A stretch of DNA of 64,000 nucleotides, from contig CALSSD010000006.1 in the NCBI GenBank assembly GCA_943788915.1, positions 124,001 to 188,000 on the forward strand, given 5' to 3'. Source of the DNA: an uncultured Acidimicrobiales bacterium (GTDB lineage Bacteria; Actinomycetota; Acidimicrobiia; Acidimicrobiales; UBA10347). This document shows positions 59,889 to 64,000 of this stretch, one piece after another (the stretch's first letter is position 1; every line of letters starts with the position of its first letter). Made by a program: the position numbers and the translations under genes. The notes under the pieces are model-generated. The model saw nothing but the letters and a program-made list of their open reading frames with translations, had not been told where the DNA came from and did no database searches.

Positions 59889-60959
59889 ATGCTTGATCCA
59901 TTCGGCCGACACGAGGGCCAACCCCTTGTTGTTGCCGTGACCACTCCGTTTCCGCCCGACGACGAGTTACAGAAACTCCTCGAGGCACACGCCGACAATG
60001 TTGAAGTTCACTTCACCCCGTATAACGAGTCGCGAGACGCCCGTGCTGCCAGGGGAGCAAACAGCGGCGTGCTTCCCGATGGCATCGACGTGCCCGAGAT
60101 CGATGATACGACCCAGGAGGTCTGGGCTCGGACGCACATTTTCGTGGGTATCGATTTGCCTTCGAGTGCTGAAAAGCTTGCACCAAACCTGTGCTGGTTT
60201 CAGACAGTCTCTGCGGGTATCGATCAGGTCGATCAGCAACAGTTGGCTCGGATCGGTGCCCGACTCTCGAGTGCTAGTGGTGTGGCATCGGCCAGCATCG
60301 CGGAGTTCGTGATGGCACGTTTGCTTGGTGTGTGGAAGAACCTGCGCTCGATCGAGCAACATCAGAGCGAAGGCACGTGGGTAGAGGACTTTGGCACCGA
60401 AGTCACGGGCCGCACGATGGTCATCGCCGGGCTGGGTTCGATCGGACGCGAGGTCGCTCGAAGGGCTCGAGCATTCGACATGCGTGTGATCGCGACCAGA
60501 GGTAGTGCGCAACCGGGCGATACCGACCCCGACGTCGACGAACTCCATCCGGCCTCCGAGTTGGCATCGCTCATGCCGCAGGCCGACGCAGTGGTGTGTG
60601 CGCTTCCCACCACAGCTGCCACCACTGACCTCTTCGACGCTGCCTTGCTGCGCACGATGAAAGCAGACGCGATCTTCTGTAACGTCGGCCGGGGCACACT
60701 GGTCATCGAAGACGATTTGGTCCAGGTGCTGAACGAGGGTCACCTCCGGGCCGCGGTGCTCGATGTCATGCGCACGGAACCTCTCGCCGACGGAGACCCG
60801 TTGTGGAGTGTCCCTCGGCTCTATCTGTCGCCTCATGCCGCGGTCTCACTCGACCGTTATAGACAGAACGCATGGTCTATCGTCGCCGACAACCTTCGAC
60901 GTTTCCTCGCCAGCGAGCGACTACACAATGAAATCGACCTCCCGTCGCTGACGGCATAA
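59889..60959 (+). CDS. D-2-hydroxyacid dehydrogenase
   Basis: SAG.D, GLGSIG, NVGRG, LDV..EPL and SPH motifs. Confidence 0.9.
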   Translation: MLDPFGRHEGQPLVVAVTTPFPPDDELQKLLEAHADNVEVHFTPYNESRDARAARGANSGVLPDGIDVPEIDDTTQEVWARTHIFVGIDLPSSAEKLAPNLCWFQTVSAGIDQVDQQQLARIGARLSSASGVASASIAEFVMARLLGVWKNLRSIEQHQSEGTWVEDFGTEVTGRTMVIAGLGSIGREVARRARAFDMRVIATRGSAQPGDTDPDVDELHPASELASLMPQADAVVCALPTTAATTDLFDAALLRTMKADAIFCNVGRGTLVIEDDLVQVLNEGHLRAAVLDVMRTEPLADGDPLWSVPRLYLSPHAAVSLDRYRQNAWSIVADNLRRFLASERLHNEIDLPSLTA

Positions 60960-60968
60960 GGAGCCAAC

Positions 60969-61829
60969 ATGCAACTCGGACTTGTTTATCCACAGATCGA
61001 GCTGGGCGGTGACCCAGACGCGGTACGAACGCTTGGGCGAGGCGCAGAGGAACTCGGGTACGACTACCTGCTGGCATATGACCATGTGGTCGGCGCCGAA
61101 CATGCCGATCGCGAGCCAGCATTGTGGGGCCCTTACACGGAGAACGATCCGTTCCACGATCCGTTTGTGCTGTTCGCCTACCTGGCAGGTATCACCGAGA
61201 AGCTGGAGTTCGCCAGCGGTGTGATCATCTTGCCGCAACGCCAGACCGTGCTAGTCGCCAAACAGGCAGCCGATCTGGATCTGCTGTCGGGCGAACGTTT
61301 TCGCATGGGTGTTGGTGTCGGCTGGAACTATGTTGAATACGAGGCGCTCGGCCAAGACTTCGCCACCCGTGGCGCTCGAGCAAACGAACAGATCGAGTTC
61401 ATGCGTCGGCTGTGGTCGGAACCACTGCTCGACTGGAAGGGCGAGTTCGACCAGATCGAACGAGGCAATGTGCTGCCTCAACCGAAACGGCAGATTCCCA
61501 TTTGGGTCGGTGGTTTTAGCCCGCCCGCGTTTCGGCGTGGTGCCGCAATGGGCGACGGCTTCATGTTCGCTGGCACGCTCGAGCGGACCCTTCCGGGGCT
61601 CGCGCAGGTGAACGAGATGGGTGCTGCCAACGGCCGTGACATGGAGAACTTCGGTCGGGAACTGGTCAGGACAAACCCGAAGCAGCTCAGTGACACCGTC
61701 GACGAACTACGCCGTTGGCGCGATCTTGGTGGCACCCACTTTGCAGCGGCGTCGATGGGTATGGGATTGGACTCAGCCGAAGCGCATCTCGACTACTTCG
61801 CCCAGGTAATGGACGCGGCCAAGAACTAA
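60969..61829 (+). CDS. F420-dependent LLM oxidoreductase
   Basis: YDHVVG, ILPQRQTVLVAKQAA.LD.LS and GVGWN.VEY motifs. Confidence 0.9.
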   Translation: MQLGLVYPQIELGGDPDAVRTLGRGAEELGYDYLLAYDHVVGAEHADREPALWGPYTENDPFHDPFVLFAYLAGITEKLEFASGVIILPQRQTVLVAKQAADLDLLSGERFRMGVGVGWNYVEYEALGQDFATRGARANEQIEFMRRLWSEPLLDWKGEFDQIERGNVLPQPKRQIPIWVGGFSPPAFRRGAAMGDGFMFAGTLERTLPGLAQVNEMGAANGRDMENFGRELVRTNPKQLSDTVDELRRWRDLGGTHFAAASMGMGLDSAEAHLDYFAQVMDAAKN

Positions 61830-61840
61830 GCGCATCTGCG

Positions 61841-63391
61841 CTAGACGATGCGGCTGTTCTTGTTGCCCCAGTAGCGGTCTTTCAGGATCCGTTTATACAA
61901 CTTGCCGGTTTCGAGACGAGGCAGTGTCTCCTCGAAGTCGATGCTGCGTGGCACCTTGTAACGGGCCAGCTTGTTGCGGGCGTGCTCGAGTAGTTCCCCC
62001 CGGATGGCATCACTTTCGTCGATGCCATCGGCGAGTTGGATGACAGCCTTGACCTCTTCCCCCGCGTCCGGATTTGGGACACCGAACACCGCCACATCGG
62101 CGACCATGGGATGCATAGCAAACGCATCCTCTATCTCTTGTGGATAGATGTTCACACCGCCGGAGATGATCATGAACGACTCGCGGTCGGTCAGAAACAG
62201 GAACCCGTCGTCGTCGAGATAACCGACATCACCCAGTTTGGTCCACATCGGGTTCGTGGGATGTTTCGAGCCCTCGGTCTTGTCGGGATCGTTGTGGTAG
62301 GCGAACGGCATGACATCGCGTTCGAAGTAGACCGTGCCAGGCTCACCCACCGGAAGTTCGTGGCCTGCTTCGTCGCAGACATGGAGTGTTCCCAAGATGG
62401 GGCTACCAACTGTGCCGGGGTGCGCCAACCATTGTTCGCTGTTGCAGTACGTCATGCCGTTGAGTTCGGTGCCGGCGTAGTACTCAACAACGATCGGCCC
62501 CCACCAATCGATCATCTGGTACTTGACATCCATGGGACACGGCGCAGCCGCATGAACAGCGACCTTGTGGCTCGAAAGGTCGAACTGGGTTCGAATGGAG
62601 TCATCGAGTTTGAGCATGCGGATGAACATGGTCGGCACCCACTGACTGTGCGTGACCCTGTAGGTTTCGATCGCTCGTAACGCCTCGACCGGATCAAACT
62701 TCTCCATGATCACGTTGGTGCCGCCCAGACTGTGAACACCAGCGGTAAAGGCCAGCGGTGCGGAGTGGTACAACGGCGCGGGCGATAAGTAGATCGTGTC
62801 TGTGTTAATGCCGTAGAGGTTCCCGATTAACCCGTCGAGTGCGGACGGATCGGCAAACGTATTTCCGCTCAATGGGCGTTTGATGCCCTTGGGACGTCCG
62901 GTGGTTCCCGAGGAATAGTTCATGAAATCACCAAGCGGTTCCGCATCGAGCGGATCAGCGCTGTGAGCAGCCAGTTCGTCTTCGTAACCCACGTAACCGG
63001 CGAGGTCGCCGTCGATCACCAGTCGAAGTGGACAGCCGTCGAGGTCGGGAAGCATTGCCGTGGCTGCATCGGCGAGCCCGACCGAACTCACGAGTGCCTT
63101 GGCTCCCGAGTCGTTCACGATGTAGGCGGCTTCTTCGGCGGTCAGATACTTGTTCACGGCACACAGGTACATGCCAGACCGGACAGCGGCCCAATACACC
63201 TCGTGATACCGAAGGTTGTTCTCCATGAACAGCGCCACGACATCACCGGGAACCAAACCCTGACTCTGGAACAGCCGGGCAAGACGAATACTTCGCTCGT
63301 TGAGCTCGCCGTACGTCAGCGATTCGCCAGATGGCAGCATGATCGATGCGACCTTGCTGGGATCTTGTGCGGCATGAATGGCCATTGGCAT
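61841..63391 (-). CDS. Acyl-CoA synthetase (paralog of 44621-46186)
   Basis: YSSGTTGRPKG, EYYAGTE, IISGGVNIYPQE and TGKLYK motifs. The upstream part of the 691-aa ORF is antisense to the next gene. Confidence 0.92.
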   Translation of the reverse strand: MPMAIHAAQDPSKVASIMLPSGESLTYGELNERSIRLARLFQSQGLVPGDVVALFMENNLRYHEVYWAAVRSGMYLCAVNKYLTAEEAAYIVNDSGAKALVSSVGLADAATAMLPDLDGCPLRLVIDGDLAGYVGYEDELAAHSADPLDAEPLGDFMNYSSGTTGRPKGIKRPLSGNTFADPSALDGLIGNLYGINTDTIYLSPAPLYHSAPLAFTAGVHSLGGTNVIMEKFDPVEALRAIETYRVTHSQWVPTMFIRMLKLDDSIRTQFDLSSHKVAVHAAAPCPMDVKYQMIDWWGPIVVEYYAGTELNGMTYCNSEQWLAHPGTVGSPILGTLHVCDEAGHELPVGEPGTVYFERDVMPFAYHNDPDKTEGSKHPTNPMWTKLGDVGYLDDDGFLFLTDRESFMIISGGVNIYPQEIEDAFAMHPMVADVAVFGVPNPDAGEEVKAVIQLADGIDESDAIRGELLEHARNKLARYKVPRSIDFEETLPRLETGKLYKRILKDRYWGNKNSRIV

Positions 63392-63464
63392 GACTGGGTC
63401 CCCTGGAGATACTTGGTAAGCGTCGATTCGGAAGATAGTGCACCGGGGCCGTAGCGTCGAAACC

Positions 63465-64000
63465 ATGATGGAGATGCCGAACGGAACTGTTGACCTAGAA
63501 GTGGCCAATGGGGTGGCCACGATCACCCTGAACCGACCCGAGTCGTTGAACTCCATGAACAACCATTTGATGGACGACATCCGCACCGCAATCGAAACGG
63601 CCGAAGCCGACGAGTCCGTGGGTGTGGTGGTGCTAACCGGCAACGGGCGTGGGTTCTGTTCTGGCGCCGATCTAAACACGGTGGGTGGACCCGACGCGGA
63701 CCACGGCGATGATTCTGGTTCGGCGAGTGTCACCGATGGCATGGACGACCATTTCAACCCCACGATGCGTGCAATCAAGAACTGTGCGGTGCCAACGGTG
63801 GCCCGAATCAACGGGGTCGCTGCTGGCGGGGGGCTGGGCCTGGCACTGGCATGTGATATCGCCGTCGCCGCTGACTCGGCATTCTTTGTAGCCACCTTTG
63901 GCCCGAAATTGGGCATCGTGCCAGATCTTGGATCGACCTGGAGTCTCCCGCAGAAGGTCGGCGTCGCTCGAGCCCGGGCGATGGCGATGCTGGGTGAACG
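63465..64000 (+). CDS. Enoyl-CoA hydratase/isomerase (runs off the window edge)
   Basis: ATITLNRPESLNS, GRGFCSGADL, NGVAAGGGLGLALACD and GIVPD.G motifs. TAGCGT -10 box before the ATG. Confidence 0.9.
   Translation, partial: MMEMPNGTVDLEVANGVATITLNRPESLNSMNNHLMDDIRTAIETAEADESVGVVVLTGNGRGFCSGADLNTVGGPDADHGDDSGSASVTDGMDDHFNPTMRAIKNCAVPTVARINGVAAGGGLGLALACDIAVAADSAFFVATFGPKLGIVPDLGSTWSLPQKVGVARARAMAMLGE

Noticed and set aside
63392..63916. N-terminal extension making a 691-aa acyl-CoA synthetase
   Set aside because: It is the antisense shadow of the + strand enoyl-CoA hydratase; the paralog at 44621 supports a start at 63391.

Overview
GC-rich actinobacterial chromosomal segment, most likely Acidimicrobiia. 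The inference rests on several F420-type LLM/PPOX enzymes, a mycothiol-dependent isomerase, the DUF501-ppx pair, LAxTG sorting signals and many leaderless TANNNT-N6-8-start promoters. Most of the window is housekeeping or lipid/aromatic/amine catabolic genes, plus one tRNA-Leu(UAA). The most striking structure is at 1-4.7 kb. A TetA(P)-like MFS transporter gene is split by a 3.45-kb insert bounded by an exact 8-bp direct repeat (ATAGAGAT at 1003-1010 and 4454-4461), and removing the insert restores one continuous 396-aa ORF. The insert has no recombinase or transposase. It carries two divergent secreted, LAxTG-anchored surface proteins: one with a Cys-rich 18-aa repeat and one with a beta-helix/choice-of-anchor-Q architecture. 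Both share a PYP...W motif before the anchor. Other notable items: an arfA-like BON/OmpA gene coupled to a ~1110-aa coiled-coil protein; toxin-antitoxin genes and debris downstream of the tRNA; a BVMO-esterase fusion; a Pfa-type ketosynthase/CLF remnant; a structured DEAD-box helicase leader; and a REP-like palindrome. Several single-base frameshifts in short homopolymer runs suggest long-read consensus errors. All family assignments are from motif recognition by eye; no database searches were run.
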